The notes under the pieces were generated by a model, which was not told the DNA's origin, ran no database searches, and worked only from the letters and a program-made list of their open reading frames with translations. From Anaeromyxobacteraceae bacterium (GTDB taxonomy: Bacteria; Myxococcota; Myxococcia; Myxococcales; Anaeromyxobacteraceae), in the NCBI GenBank assembly GCA_032654565.1, contig JAULAX010000015.1, positions 1,226,124 to 1,290,123 of the forward strand: a stretch of DNA of 64,000 nt. The letters run 5' to 3'. Positions 19,490-34,100 of this stretch are shown here, one piece after another. Made by a program: the position numbers and the translations under genes. Every line of letters begins with the position of its first letter. The first letter of the stretch is position 1.

Positions 19490-20086
19490 ATGTCGGTCGC
19501 CGACCCCATCGCCCGCCTGGTCCGGGAGCTGGCCCGCCTGCCCGGCATCGGGGAGAAGACGGCGCAGCGGCTCGCCTTCCACGTCCTCGAGGCCGGCCCG
19601 GAGCAGGCCCGGCTGCTGGCCGAGGCGGTGGTGGGGGTGGTGCGCGACGTGCGCTGCTGCTCCAGCTGCCAGACCCTCACCGAGCGTGATCCCTGCCCCA
19701 TCTGCACCGACCCGGGGCGCGACGCCCGGATCATCTGCGTGGTGGAGGGGGTCCCCGACCTGCTGGCGGTGGAGCGGACCCGCGAGTTCCGCGGCCGCTA
19801 CCACGTGCTGCACGGCGCCCTCTCGCCGCTCGACGGCGTCGGGCCCGGCGACCTGAAGATCCGCGAGCTGCTGCTCCGGCTGGAGCGCGAGCCGGCCGAG
19901 GAGGTGCTGGTGGCCACCAACCCCAACATCGAGGGGGAGGCCACCGCGCTCTACCTGCAGCGGCTGCTCAAGCCGCTGGGGCTGCGGGTGACGCGCATCG
20001 CCCAGGGCATCCCCATGGGCGGCGACCTCGAGTACGCCGACCAGGCCACCCTGGCCCGGGCGGTGGCCGGCAGGAGGGAGCTGTGA
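19490..20086 (+). CDS. recR: Recombination mediator RecR
   Basis: LPGIGEKTAQRLA, C4 zinc finger, YHVLHGALSPLDG, EGEATA; start at ATG 19490 or GTG 19481. Confidence 0.97.
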   Translation: MSVADPIARLVRELARLPGIGEKTAQRLAFHVLEAGPEQARLLAEAVVGVVRDVRCCSSCQTLTERDPCPICTDPGRDARIICVVEGVPDLLAVERTREFRGRYHVLHGALSPLDGVGPGDLKIRELLLRLEREPAEEVLVATNPNIEGEATALYLQRLLKPLGLRVTRIAQGIPMGGDLEYADQATLARAVAGRREL

Positions 20087-20139
20087 ACCGGGTGCGCGAT
20101 ATCGGGCGCCCCTATCGGCCGCCCCCGGGGACAGGAAGA

Positions 20140-20168
20140 TTGAAAGCCGAGCGTTTCCTTGGTATTCC
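20140..20168 (+). promoter_or_regulatory. Putative sigma70 promoter of mglBA
   Basis: TTGAAA-17 nt-TATTCC with TGn extended -10. Confidence 0.45.
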
Positions 20169-20205
20169 GCGGGGTACTCCGTAGCGACGTGGAGAGCGAA
20201 GGAAC

Positions 20206-20685
20206 ATGACTTCCGGCCTGGTGATGTACGAAGAGGAGTTCCGGCTCATTGCCGGGATCTGCGACCGGCTCACGCGTGATGCCAACGCCAAGGTCGTCTT
20301 CCTCGTCGACAAGAACGGGCAGCTCATCGCCGCCAGCGGCCAGGCGCAGAACCTCGACACCACCTCCCTGGCCTCGCTGACCGCCGGCAACGTCGCCGCC
20401 ATGGGCGGCCTGGCCAAGCTGATCGGCGAGAAGGAGTTCCCCAACCAGTTCCACGAGGGCGAGAAGGAATCGCTCCACATGAGCATCGTGGGCGGGCGGG
20501 TGGTGCTGGTGGTGATCTTCGACGCCAAGAGCTCGCTGGGGCTGGTGCGCCTGCGGGTGAAGAAGGCGGGCGAGGAGCTGGGCAAGGTCTTCGAGGTCCT
20601 GGCCAAGAAGCAGGCGGCCCCCGGCGCGGCCAGCCCCTTCGCCGAGATCACCGACGACGACATCGACAATCTCTTCAGCGAGTAG
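20206..20685 (+). CDS. mglB: Roadblock/LC7 GAP MglB
   Basis: LVMYEEEF...[17 protein letters not shown]...[13 protein letters not shown]...[12 protein letters not shown]...[15 protein letters not shown]. Confidence 0.97.
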   Translation: MTSGLVMYEEEFRLIAGICDRLTRDANAKVVFLVDKNGQLIAASGQAQNLDTTSLASLTAGNVAAMGGLAKLIGEKEFPNQFHEGEKESLHMSIVGGRVVLVVIFDAKSSLGLVRLRVKKAGEELGKVFEVLAKKQAAPGAASPFAEITDDDIDNLFSE

Positions 20686-20687
20686 AC

Positions 20688-21275
<588 letters not shown>

Positions 21276-21383
21276 GTGTTCCTCCCGGGGTGTGCGACGC
21301 CGCTGCGCCTGCCCAGGGACGGTTCCCGGTGATATAAAGAACCGCTTTTTTCCGATCAGGTCGTCCTCCGATCGCATGCGAGG

Positions 21384-22184
21384 GTGAACGTGCCGCGTCA
21401 CTACCGATCCATCGCCGTGATGCTTCTCCTCCCTGGCCTGTTGCTCCCCTCCTCGGCGCGGGGCCAGGCGCCCGCCTCCACCCCGGCCGCGCCGGCCAAG
21501 CCCGGCGCCGCCCCAGCCAAGCCCGCCGCCGCCCCTGCCAAGGCCGGCGCAGCCCCTGCCAGGGCCGCCGCCGCCCCGGCCAAGCCCGCCGCCGCCGTCC
21601 GCCCGGCCCAGACCGCCGAGGAGCAGAACGACCTCAAGGTCCGGACCCTGGAGGAGCGGGTCACCGACCTCAAGGAGAAGGTCTTCCGGACCAAGGCCCG
21701 GCTCATGAACCTGCAGGAGATGGTCATCGGCGGGGACCTGACCACCGGGGCCAAGGCGGTGATCGTCCACCGCAATGAGATGGGCTCCTCGTTCTACCTG
21801 GAGTCGGTCACCTACGCCCTCGACGGCGCGCCCATCTACACCAAGGCCGACCTCGACGGCGATCTCGACAAGCGCGACGAGTTCGAGGTCTTCAACGGCC
21901 GCATCGTGCCCGGCAACCACCAGCTGGCGGTGCAGATGGTCTTCCGCGGCCACGGCTTCGGGCTCTTCAGCTACCTGCGCGACTACAAGTTCAAGACCCA
22001 GTCGGCCTACACCATCGACGCCGAGGCGGGGAAGGTGATCACCCTCAAGGTGATCGGCTACGAGAAGGGGGGCTTCACCTCCGAGCTCAAGGACCGCCCC
22101 AACATCAAGTACGAGCAGGAGATCCAGCGCGAGGAGACCAGCCCGAAGAAGGCCGGGCCCGCGCCGGAAGGCGCCAGGAAGTGA
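21384..22184 (+). CDS. Secreted protein: PAK-rich linker, coiled coil, beta-rich C-terminal domain
   Basis: Signal peptide; APAK repeats; LKVRTLEERVTDLKEKVFRTKARL coiled coil; GTGA overlap with the next gene. Start uncertain (21384, 21390 or 21420). Confidence 0.8.
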   Translation: MNVPRHYRSIAVMLLLPGLLLPSSARGQAPASTPAAPAKPGAAPAKPAAAPAKAGAAPARAAAAPAKPAAAVRPAQTAEEQNDLKVRTLEERVTDLKEKVFRTKARLMNLQEMVIGGDLTTGAKAVIVHRNEMGSSFYLESVTYALDGAPIYTKADLDGDLDKRDEFEVFNGRIVPGNHQLAVQMVFRGHGFGLFSYLRDYKFKTQSAYTIDAEAGKVITLKVIGYEKGGFTSELKDRPNIKYEQEIQREETSPKKAGPAPEGARK

Positions 22185-24504
22185 TCCTGGGCGGACCAGG
22201 CTGGACCGCGGCGGCGCTGGCGCTGGTCGTGGCCCTCTGGGCGCCCGGTCCCGCGGCCGCGGCCGGACCGGACGGCGTCGAGCCCGAGGTGGCCGCCGTC
22301 GAGGCCCGGCTGGAGCAGGTCGAGAAGATCTCGGCGCGCCCCGACGTGTCGGCCCCGGCCCGGGCCCGCCACCAGTACTCCGACGGCGAGACCCAGTTCC
22401 TGCTGGGCGACTGGCTGCACGCCGCGGTGCTGCTCTACGGCGCCCTCGACGACGCCGAGTTCCGCGCCGGCGCCGACGCCCCCCGGGCGCTGCTCTACCT
22501 CGGCGACGCGCTCCGCAACCAGGGGGCCTGCGGCGCCGCGCTCCCCGCCTACGACGAGCTGCTCCGCGGAGGCGCCTCGGCGCTCCAGGGGGCGGCGCTG
22601 ACCGGCGCCCTCGACTGCCGGGTCCGCCTGCGGAGGTTCGAGGGGGTCCAGCCGCTGCTCGAGGCCGCCCAGGCCCTGGTCAAGGACGGCCAGCCGGCCG
22701 AGCTGGCCTACCTGGTGGGCAAGGCCTCCTACTTCCGCGCCGACCTGCGGCCGGTGGAGCGGCGGGAGCGGGCCCTGGCCGCGCTCGCGGCCGTCGGGCC
22801 GCCCCGGCACCTGGCCGCCACCTACTTCCAGGGCGCCCTGCAGGTGGAGGCCGGGCAGCTCGAGGCCGCCGCCGAGCGCTTCGAGGCCTGCGTCAAGCTG
22901 CAGGGCAACGACGCCGGGCAGGTGGAGATCCGCGAGCTCTGCGCCATGGGGGCGGCGCGGGTCTACGCCGCCCAGCGGAGGTTCAACGACTCGCTCGACC
23001 GCTACCTGCTGGTCCCCTACACCTCGCCGCGCTTCAACGAGGCGCTCTACGAGGTGGCCTGGGGCTACGTCCGCGCCGACAACCACGAGGAGGCGCTGCG
23101 CACCGCGGCCATGATCGTGGACCTGGCCCCGGAGTCGCAGCTGGCCCCCGAGGCCACCATCCTCACCGGCCACCTCAACCTGCGGCTGGGCCGGTACGCC
23201 GCCGCCGGCGAGTCGTTCAACAAGGTGATCAACAACTACGCCCCGGTGCGCGACGAGATCGACGCCATCCTCACCATGCACGAGGACCCGGTCCGCTACT
23301 TCAACGAGCTGATCGGCCGGCAGGGGAAGGCCTTCGACGTCGGCTCGGTGCTGCCGCCCCTGGCGGTCAAGTGGGCCTCGGCGCAGAAGGACGTGGGCGG
23401 GGCGCTCGACCTGGTGGTGGCCCTCGACGGCGCCCGGCAGGACCTGGACGACTCGCTCCACGTCATCGACCGGATCGAGGCGCTGCTGCTCCGCGGCGGC
23501 GGCCTCGACGCCGTGCCGGCGGCCCGCGACGGCTGGATCAGCGCCGACTCGGTGGCCAACGGCACGGCGCGGGCGCGGGGGCGGCTGGCCGACCGGGCCG
23601 CCGAGCGGGTGGCGCCGCTGCTGGCGCCGGACCAGCGGGGCGAGCTGGAGCGGCTGCGCGCCGCCCGCCGCGCCCTGCAGCCGCGCCTCGACACCCTGGC
23701 GCGGAGCGCCGCCGAGGTGGAGGCCCGGGCCCGGCGGATGCGGGCCCGCGTCGAGGAGGCCGAGAAGGCCGCCTTCCAGCTCGGCCTGCAGGCCGACGCC
23801 GCCGGGGCCTCGGTGGCCGGTACCGAGGTCTGGCTGAACCAGCACCGCGCCGAGATCCAGGCCGACGCCACCGGGCGCGGCGAGCTGGTGGCCGAGCTGC
23901 GCAAGCACCGCGGCTTCGTGGCCGGCTACAACGAGAGCCTGCGGGCCCTGCGGCGGGAGATCGCCGCCGCCCGCGACGCCGTGGGCGGGACCGCCCAGGC
24001 CGCCGGCGACGCCAGCCTGCGCCAGGAGTACCAGGCGCTGCTGGAGCAGGAGGAGGTCCTGGTGGGGCCGGCCCAGGCCCGGCTGGCGGGCCAGGCCGCC
24101 GCCGAGCGGGTCGCCGACGCCGCCCTCGCCGAGCGGCTGGCCAGGGTCGACGCCGGCGCGGAGCGGCTCAAGGCCGGGTTCGAGGCGGTGGCCAGCGGGC
24201 ACGCCACCGCGGTGGGCGGCCTCATCGCCGCCGAGCGGGCCGGGCTGGTGCGGCAGGAGGAGCAGCTGGCCTCCATCGACGGCGAGGCCAGGGACATCAT
24301 CGGGCGCATCGCCTTCCGCTCCTTCAGCGCCGTCCGCGCCCAGTTCTACCGGCTGGTGCTCAAGGCCGACGTCGGCATCGTCGACGTGGCCTGGTCGCGA
24401 AAGCGGGAGCGGGTGGACCGGATCCAGCAGATCTCCAGGCAGAAGGCCACCGAGCTCGAGGCCCTCGACCGCGACTACAAGCTGGTGCTGCGGGAGATCG
24501 ACTA

Positions 24505-24505
<1 letters not shown>
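22181..24505 (+). CDS. Exported TPR + coiled-coil protein (GltC-like)
   Basis: Signal peptide; TPR-type helices (EALYEVAWGYV, PESQLAPEATILTGHL); long C-terminal coiled coil; position in the Glt-like cluster. Confidence 0.7.
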
Positions 24506-27939
<3,434 letters not shown>

Positions 27940-27967
27940 TCGGACCGGCCCGTCCCCGAGGATCCTC

Positions 27968-29449
27968 ATGAAGCCACCCCCGCTCGTCACCACCGTCCTC
28001 CTGGCGCTCCAGGCCCTGCTGGCGTCCTGCGCCGGCGCGCAGAAGCCGGCGCCGGTGGAGGTGGTCGCGCCCGCCGTCGAACCCGGGGGCGCCGAGGCGC
28101 CGGCGCTGCTCCGTCCCTCGCCGGGCCCGCCCCCGACGGCGGGCGCCGAGCCGGCGGCGCCCAAGGTCCGCCCCACGGTCTCGCCGGAGGTGGAGAAGCG
28201 GGCCCGCGCCCAGTTCGAGCACGCCGTGAAGCTGCAGCGGCTCGGCGATCTCGACGGGGCCGCCGCGGTCTTCGAGGCGGTCCGCCGCACCGGCGCCGAC
28301 CTGCCGTGGGCCGGCTTCAACGCCGGCCTGGTGCAGGAGCGGCTGGGCCGGCCCGAGCGCGCCGCGGCGCTGTACGAGGGCACCGTGGAGGACTTCCCCG
28401 ACTTCACCCCGGCCGGCCAGAACCTGGTCCGGCTCTGGCTGCGCCAGGGACGGCCCCACGCCCAGGTGGAGCAGGAGCTGCGGGCCCGGCTGGCCCGCGC
28501 CGACGGGGTGGCGCTGCGGGTCGGGCTGGTCGAGGTGCTGCTGGCCGCGGGCCGGGACGCCGCCGCCGAGGAGGAGTGCAAGCGGGCCCTCAAGGCGGAC
28601 GAGAAGAACATCCCGGCCATGGTGGCGCTGGCCACCGTCTACTCGGCCCGCAAGCGCTTCGAGCTGGCCCGCATGGTGCTGGAGAACGCCCGCCAGCTGG
28701 ACGGGAACGACCCGGCCATCTGGAACCGGCTCGGCTTCGTGGAGATGGCGCTCGGCAACCGGCCCCAGGCCATCGAGGACTTCAAGACCGCCGCCTCGCT
28801 GCGCCCCGACTACCCGGAGGCCCACGCCAACTACGGCGCCATCCTCGCCGACGCCGACGACTTCGCGGCGGCGGCGCAGGAGCTGGAGCTGGCCGTCACG
28901 TACGCGCCCGGCTCGGCGGCGGCCTGGCTCGACCTCGGCAACGCCTACCGCGGCCTGCAGGCCTTCGAGAAGTCCGAGGCCGCCTACCAGAAGGCCCTCC
29001 AGCTCGATCCCGCGCTCAACGACGCCCGCTTCAACCTGGCGGTGCTCTACCTCGACGTGGCGCGGGAGGGGCTGCCGACCCTGCAGCGGCTGGAGCGGGG
29101 GCTGGCCTGGTTCGACGAGTTCGAGAAGGGCGGCGGCAAGGAGCCGCGGGTGGCCGCCTACCGGAAGGACACCGCCCGCGAGCTGGACCGGGAGCGGAAG
29201 CGGCTGGTGCGCGAGGAGAAGGACCGGATCCGCAAGGAGGGCGAGGCGAGGAAGGCGGCCGAGGAGGAGGCCCGCCGGCAGGAGGAGGCGCGCCGGGCCG
29301 CTACGCCCGCCCCGGCCGCGGCGGCGCCGACCCCCCGAGTGCCCGTGACGCCGGCCCCCGGTTCGGGGCAGAATGCAGGGGCCCCGGCCGCCCCGCCGCC
29401 GGCCGACGCCGGCGCAGAGGGCAAGCTCAAGGAAGGAGGGGACAGGTGA
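27968..29449 (+). CDS. TPR lipoprotein (GltE/AglT-like)
   Basis: LLASC lipobox; canonical TPRs (PDYPEAHANYG, AWLDLGNAYRG, DARFNLAVLYLD). Confidence 0.8.
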   Translation: MKPPPLVTTVLLALQALLASCAGAQKPAPVEVVAPAVEPGGAEAPALLRPSPGPPPTAGAEPAAPKVRPTVSPEVEKRARAQFEHAVKLQRLGDLDGAAAVFEAVRRTGADLPWAGFNAGLVQERLGRPERAAALYEGTVEDFPDFTPAGQNLVRLWLRQGRPHAQVEQELRARLARADGVALRVGLVEVLLAAGRDAAAEEECKRALKADEKNIPAMVALATVYSARKRFELARMVLENARQLDGNDPAIWNRLGFVEMALGNRPQAIEDFKTAASLRPDYPEAHANYGAILADADDFAAAAQELELAVTYAPGSAAAWLDLGNAYRGLQAFEKSEAAYQKALQLDPALNDARFNLAVLYLDVAREGLPTLQRLERGLAWFDEFEKGGGKEPRVAAYRKDTARELDRERKRLVREEKDRIRKEGEARKAAEEEARRQEEARRAATPAPAAAAPTPRVPVTPAPGSGQNAGAPAAPPPADAGAEGKLKEGGDR

Positions 29450-29736
29450 GGTGGATCCGGTCGCTGGTGGCGCTCTGCGGCGCCGCGCTCACCGTCGGCC
29501 TGGCCTCCCCGGGGCGGGTCGAGGCCGCCCCCACGGACAAGGTGGCGGCCGCCAAGGACAAGAAGGGCGCGCCCACCAAGATCCTGCGGCTGGAGGAGAT
29601 GAAGGTGGAGGGCCGGATCCAGAAGCCCCAGGCGATGTTCCTGATGCCGCGGGCCAACCTGAACATCGGGGAGCTGGACCGCTCCGAGCCGTTCCTCCCC
29701 AAGGTCTCCAAGGCGGTCACGAAGTCCCCGTTCTGA
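29446..29736 (+). CDS. Small secreted GltF/CglF-like protein (96 aa)
   Basis: GTG at 29446 after GGAGG; signal peptide; LEEMKVEGRIQKPQAMFLMPR...FLPKVSKAVTKSPF, resembling the CglF-type EGxxxKP motif and terminal PF. Confidence 0.8.
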   Translation: MRWIRSLVALCGAALTVGLASPGRVEAAPTDKVAAAKDKKGAPTKILRLEEMKVEGRIQKPQAMFLMPRANLNIGELDRSEPFLPKVSKAVTKSPF

Positions 29737-29772
29737 TCTGAACCCGGCGTCAACGAGGCAGGTGAAAGCGCG

Positions 29773-31125
29773 ATGGCGGCTCCGCAGTCCAAGGTGCTTC
29801 GACTGGGCGTGATCCAGGGCGGCAAGATCGTCGAGGAGCGCCTGGTCACGGCGCGCCAGCCGGTCACGCTCGGGACCAACGCCCGGAACACCATCGTGGT
29901 CCCGCTCTCCAACCTCCCCGACTCCTTCACCGCCTTCACCGTCCACGGCGACGGCTACCTGCTCTGCTTCGAGGAGGGGATGGAAGGGCGGGTGCAGGAC
30001 GACCAGGGGGCCGCCGACTTCGCCGCCCTGGTGGCGCAGGGGAAGGCCCGCAAGGAAGGGAAGGGGCACGCCGTCCCGGTCACCGACGCCCAGCGCGGCC
30101 GGCTCACCATCGGCGAGGTGACGCTGCTCTGGCAGTTCGTGGTGCCGCCCCCCGAGGCGCCCCGGCCGGTGCTGCCGCCCGACGCCCGCGGCAACCGCTT
30201 CAAGAGCATGGACCGGCTCTTCGGCACCGTGCTGGCGGTCTCCTTCCTCACCCACGGCGGCCTCTACGTGGCCCTGGCCAGCGCCGACCTGCCGCCCGAG
30301 GTGACCATCGAGCAGATCCCCGACCGCTACGCCAGGCTGCTGGTCCCCGACCGGCAGCCGGTGGCGCCGGTGGAGAAGAAGGACGAGACCCGGGCGGCCG
30401 CCGAGGAGAAGAAGGTCGAGGAGAAGCGGCCCGAGGCCGACGGCAAGAAGGCCGAGAAGAAGGCCGAGACCACCGAGCAGGCGGCGGCGCGCAAGGCGGC
30501 GCGCTCCGCGGCGGTGGCCAAGGCGGTGCAGGGCAAGGGCATGCTCAAGGTGCTGGGCGCGCTCGGGCCGGGGAGCGGCGGCGGGGCGGTGGCCGACGTC
30601 TTTGGCGCCGGCGGCGGGATGACCGACGTGGCCACGGCCCTCTCCGGCGCCGGCGGCGTGGCCATGGCCACCGATCCGGGCGCCGGGGGCGGGCGCAAGG
30701 GGGGCGGGCAGGGCGGGGCGGCCAGCATCGGCGACCTCGCCACCAGCGGCGGCGGCGCCGTCGCCTACGGCTCCAAGACCGAGGTCAAGGTCACCGGCAC
30801 GGTGGCCACCGAGGCCGCCGAGATCGACTCGAGCGACATCGACCAGGGGAAGCTGAGCGCCTTCGTGCGGGCGCGCATGGGGCTGATCAAGGCCTGCTAC
30901 GAGAACGCCCTGAAGCGGAACCCCGGCCTGAAGGGCAAGGTGGTGATCCGCTTCACCATCCTCGAGACCGGCGGCGTGGCCGACGTGGGCGCCTCCCAGA
31001 ACACCCTGGGCGCGCCCGACGTGGCGGCCTGCATCATGAACACCATGCGCACCTGGCGCACCCAGTTCCGCCCCAGCGGCCCGGTCTCGGTCGAGTACCC
31101 CTTCCTCTTCACGCCGTCCAACTGA
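29773..31125 (+). CDS. GltG/PglI-like TolA/TonB-type energy transducer
   Basis: N-terminal FHA-like beta domain; single TM helix with SxxxH (SFLTHGG); charged/Gly-rich linker; C-terminal IKACYENALKRNPGLKGKVVIRFTI...VAACI...YPFLF. Confidence 0.85.
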   Translation: MAAPQSKVLRLGVIQGGKIVEERLVTARQPVTLGTNARNTIVVPLSNLPDSFTAFTVHGDGYLLCFEEGMEGRVQDDQGAADFAALVAQGKARKEGKGHAVPVTDAQRGRLTIGEVTLLWQFVVPPPEAPRPVLPPDARGNRFKSMDRLFGTVLAVSFLTHGGLYVALASADLPPEVTIEQIPDRYARLLVPDRQPVAPVEKKDETRAAAEEKKVEEKRPEADGKKAEKKAETTEQAAARKAARSAAVAKAVQGKGMLKVLGALGPGSGGGAVADVFGAGGGMTDVATALSGAGGVAMATDPGAGGGRKGGGQGGAASIGDLATSGGGAVAYGSKTEVKVTGTVATEAAEIDSSDIDQGKLSAFVRARMGLIKACYENALKRNPGLKGKVVIRFTILETGGVADVGASQNTLGAPDVAACIMNTMRTWRTQFRPSGPVSVEYPFLFTPSN

Positions 31126-31146
31126 GCGGCGCCTCTCCCCGGGCAC

Positions 31147-34100
31147 ATGCTCCACCTCCTCCTCTCCTTCACGCTCGGCGCGGGCGCGCTCTCCAACTTC
31201 CCGCGCGACGCCGGGGGCCGGGTCACGCACTCGGCGGTGGGGGTGAGCTTCGACGGGACCCCGGTGGTGGTGGTCTCGGCGGGGGACCGGGTGGCCGCCT
31301 TCCGCGGCGACGGCGCCCCGGTGGCCGGCTTCCCCTTCGTCCTCCCCGACGGCGAGCTGCTGGCCGGCGCGCCGGCGGCGGCCGATCTCGACGGTGATCG
31401 CCGGCCGGAGATCGCGGTGGTGACGGTGACCGGCAAGGTCTACCTCTGGAGCGGCGGCGGCGTCGCCCCCGGCTTCCCGGTGTCGCTCCAGGCCCGGGCC
31501 CGGGCCGGGGCCTCGTTCGCCGACGTGGACGGCGACGGCAAGCTGGAGCTGCTGGTGGGCGACGAGCAGGGGCGGGTGCACGCCTTCAAGCGCAGCGGCG
31601 CGCCGGCCCGCGGCTTCCCCATCCAGGGCGGCCGCGCCGCCGTCACCAGCTCCATCTCCAGCAGCCGCTTCGCCGGGGGGCCGTCGCTGGCCTGGGGCAC
31701 CGAGGACGGCAAGGTCCAGGTCACCTCCGGCGCCGGCAAGGCCCGGCCCGGCTTCCCGCTGGCCACCGGCTTCGCCGTCACCGGCGCCCCGGTCTTCGCC
31801 GACCTCGACGACGACGGGGCCATGGACCTGCTGGTGGGCAGCCAGGACTTCAAGCTCTACGCGGTGGACGCCCAGGGGCGGGCCCTGCCCGGCTTCCCGG
31901 TGGCGGCCGGCTACCGCATCTACGAGGCCCCGGCGGTGGCCGACCTCGACGGCGACCGGCGGCTCGACGTGATCTTCGCCTCGGCCGACGGCCTGCTGCA
32001 CGCCGTCGACCACGCCGGCCAGCGGCTCAAGGGCTTCCCGGTGCGGGTCGGGCCGCGCCTCTTCGGCGGGCCGGCGGTGGGCGACGTCGACCGAAACGGG
32101 GCCCTGGAGGTGGTGGTGGTGGCGGCCGATGGCGCCGTGGCGGTGATCAGCGGCGCCGGGCGGAGCCCGGGCGGCTTCCCGGCCTCGCTGGGCGAGATCG
32201 AGGTGGCCGCCTCGCCGCTCCTCCATGACCTGCCCGGCGACGGCGGGCTGGCCATCCTGGTGGGGACGCCGCAGGGGCGGCTGCACGGCCTGCGCGCCAC
32301 CCGCGCCGGCGCGGTGGCGGCGGGTGCGGCGGCGGCGCCGTGGCCGGCGCCGGGGCACGACCCCGCCCGCAGCGGCCGCCACGGCCCCAACCCGCCGTCC
32401 TACAAGGACCTGGTGCTCACGCCCGAGGCGCCCCGCCTGGCCGACGGCCTGCGGGCCGCCTGGCGCGCCACCTGGCTCGACGCCGGCCCTGGGGAGGCCA
32501 TCCCCGCCCCCCGCCTGGAGTGGCTGCGCAACGGCAAGCCGGTGCCCGGGCTGGAGGGGCGGGCCGCGCTGCCGCCCGGCACCGCCCGGCGCGGCGAGCG
32601 CTGGCGCTTCACGCTGGCGGCGGCCGGGAGCGCCGTGTGGGTGGAGAGCGCCGAGCGGCGCATCCTCGACACCGCCCCCGGCGCACCCAGGGTGAAGCTG
32701 GAGCCGGCGGTGCCGGGGCGGGGGGCGCCGGTCCGGGCGGTGATCACCGCGCCGGCCGTCGATCCCGACGGCGACGCCGTCAGCTACCGGATCGACTGGC
32801 TGCTCGACGGGCTGGAGACCGGGGTGACCGGCGAGACCTTCCCCGGCGACCGGCTGCGGCGGGGGCTGCTGCTCACCGCCCGGGTGGTGGCCAGCGACGG
32901 CGAGCTGGAGGCCGAGCCGGCCCTGGCCGAGGCCCGGGTGGCCAACACCGCGCCGGGTGCGCTGGTGGTGGCCCTGGAGCCGGCCCCGCCGCGCCGCGCC
33001 GACCTGCTGCGCGCCCAGCTGGTCCGGCCGGCGACCGACGTCGACGGCGACCGGCTCACCTACCGCCACCGCTGGACGGTCGACGGCAAGCCGCTGGACC
33101 TGCCGCTCTCGGCGGCCGAGGTGCCGGCCGGCCTGCTGCGCAAGCACCGGGTGGCCCGGGTGGAGGTGCGGGCCTTCGACGGCGAGCTGGAGGGGCCGCC
33201 GGTGACCGCCGAGGTGGAGGTGCGCAACACGCCGCCCGGGACCCCCCGGCTGGAGATCCGCCCGCCCCGCCCCCGTCACGGCGAGGCGCTGCGCGCCGTG
33301 CTCACCGCCCCGGCCGAGGACGCCGACGCCGATCCGCTGACCTATGCCTACAGCTGGACCAAGAACGGCCAGCCGCTGCCGCTGGCCGGCGATCCGCGCG
33401 AGGTGCCCGGGGCCCAGGTGCAGCGCGGCGATCGCTTCGAGGTCACCGCCCAGGCCTTCGACGGCGAGGAGAAGGGGGCGCGGGCCTCGGCCATCGTCAC
33501 CGCCGTCAACACCCCGCCGGAGCCGCCGCGGGTGGCCATCGAGCCGCGCCACCCCCGGGGCGGCGAGACGCTGAGGATGGTGGTGACCTCGCCGGCCCGC
33601 GACGCCGACGGCGATCCGGTCAAGCTCAACGTCGGCTGGACCCGGGAGGGGAAGCTGGCCAGCGCGGGCGCCGACACCCTGGCGCCGGCGCTCTTCCGCA
33701 AGCACGAGCGGGTGCGGGTGGTGGTGACGCCGGCCGACGGCATCGAGTCGGGCGTGCCCGCCACCGACGAGGTGCTGGTGGAGAACGCGCCGCCCGGCGC
33801 CCCCGGCGTGGTCCTGGCCCCGGCCCGCCCCACCGCCGGGGAGCCGCTGCGGGCCATCGTCCAGGTTCCGGCCGACGACCCCGACGGCGACCGGGTCAGC
33901 TACCGCTACCGCTGGCTGCGCGACGGCGCGCCGGTCCACCTGCCGGGGCCGGACGGCGGCCAGGAGCCGGGCTGGACCAGCGTCAACGAGGCGCCGGCCA
34001 ACCTGCTGGCCCGCGGCCAGCGCTGGGAGGTGGAGGTCCAGGCCTTCGACGGCGAGGTCCACGGCGCCTCGGGCCGGGCCACCGCCGAGGTGGTCAACAG

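Noticed and set aside
21384..22184. Dihydrolipoamide acyltransferase-like call from the PAK/PAA repeats
   Set aside because: The similarity is only to a low-complexity linker; the protein has a signal peptide and no lipoyl or catalytic motifs.
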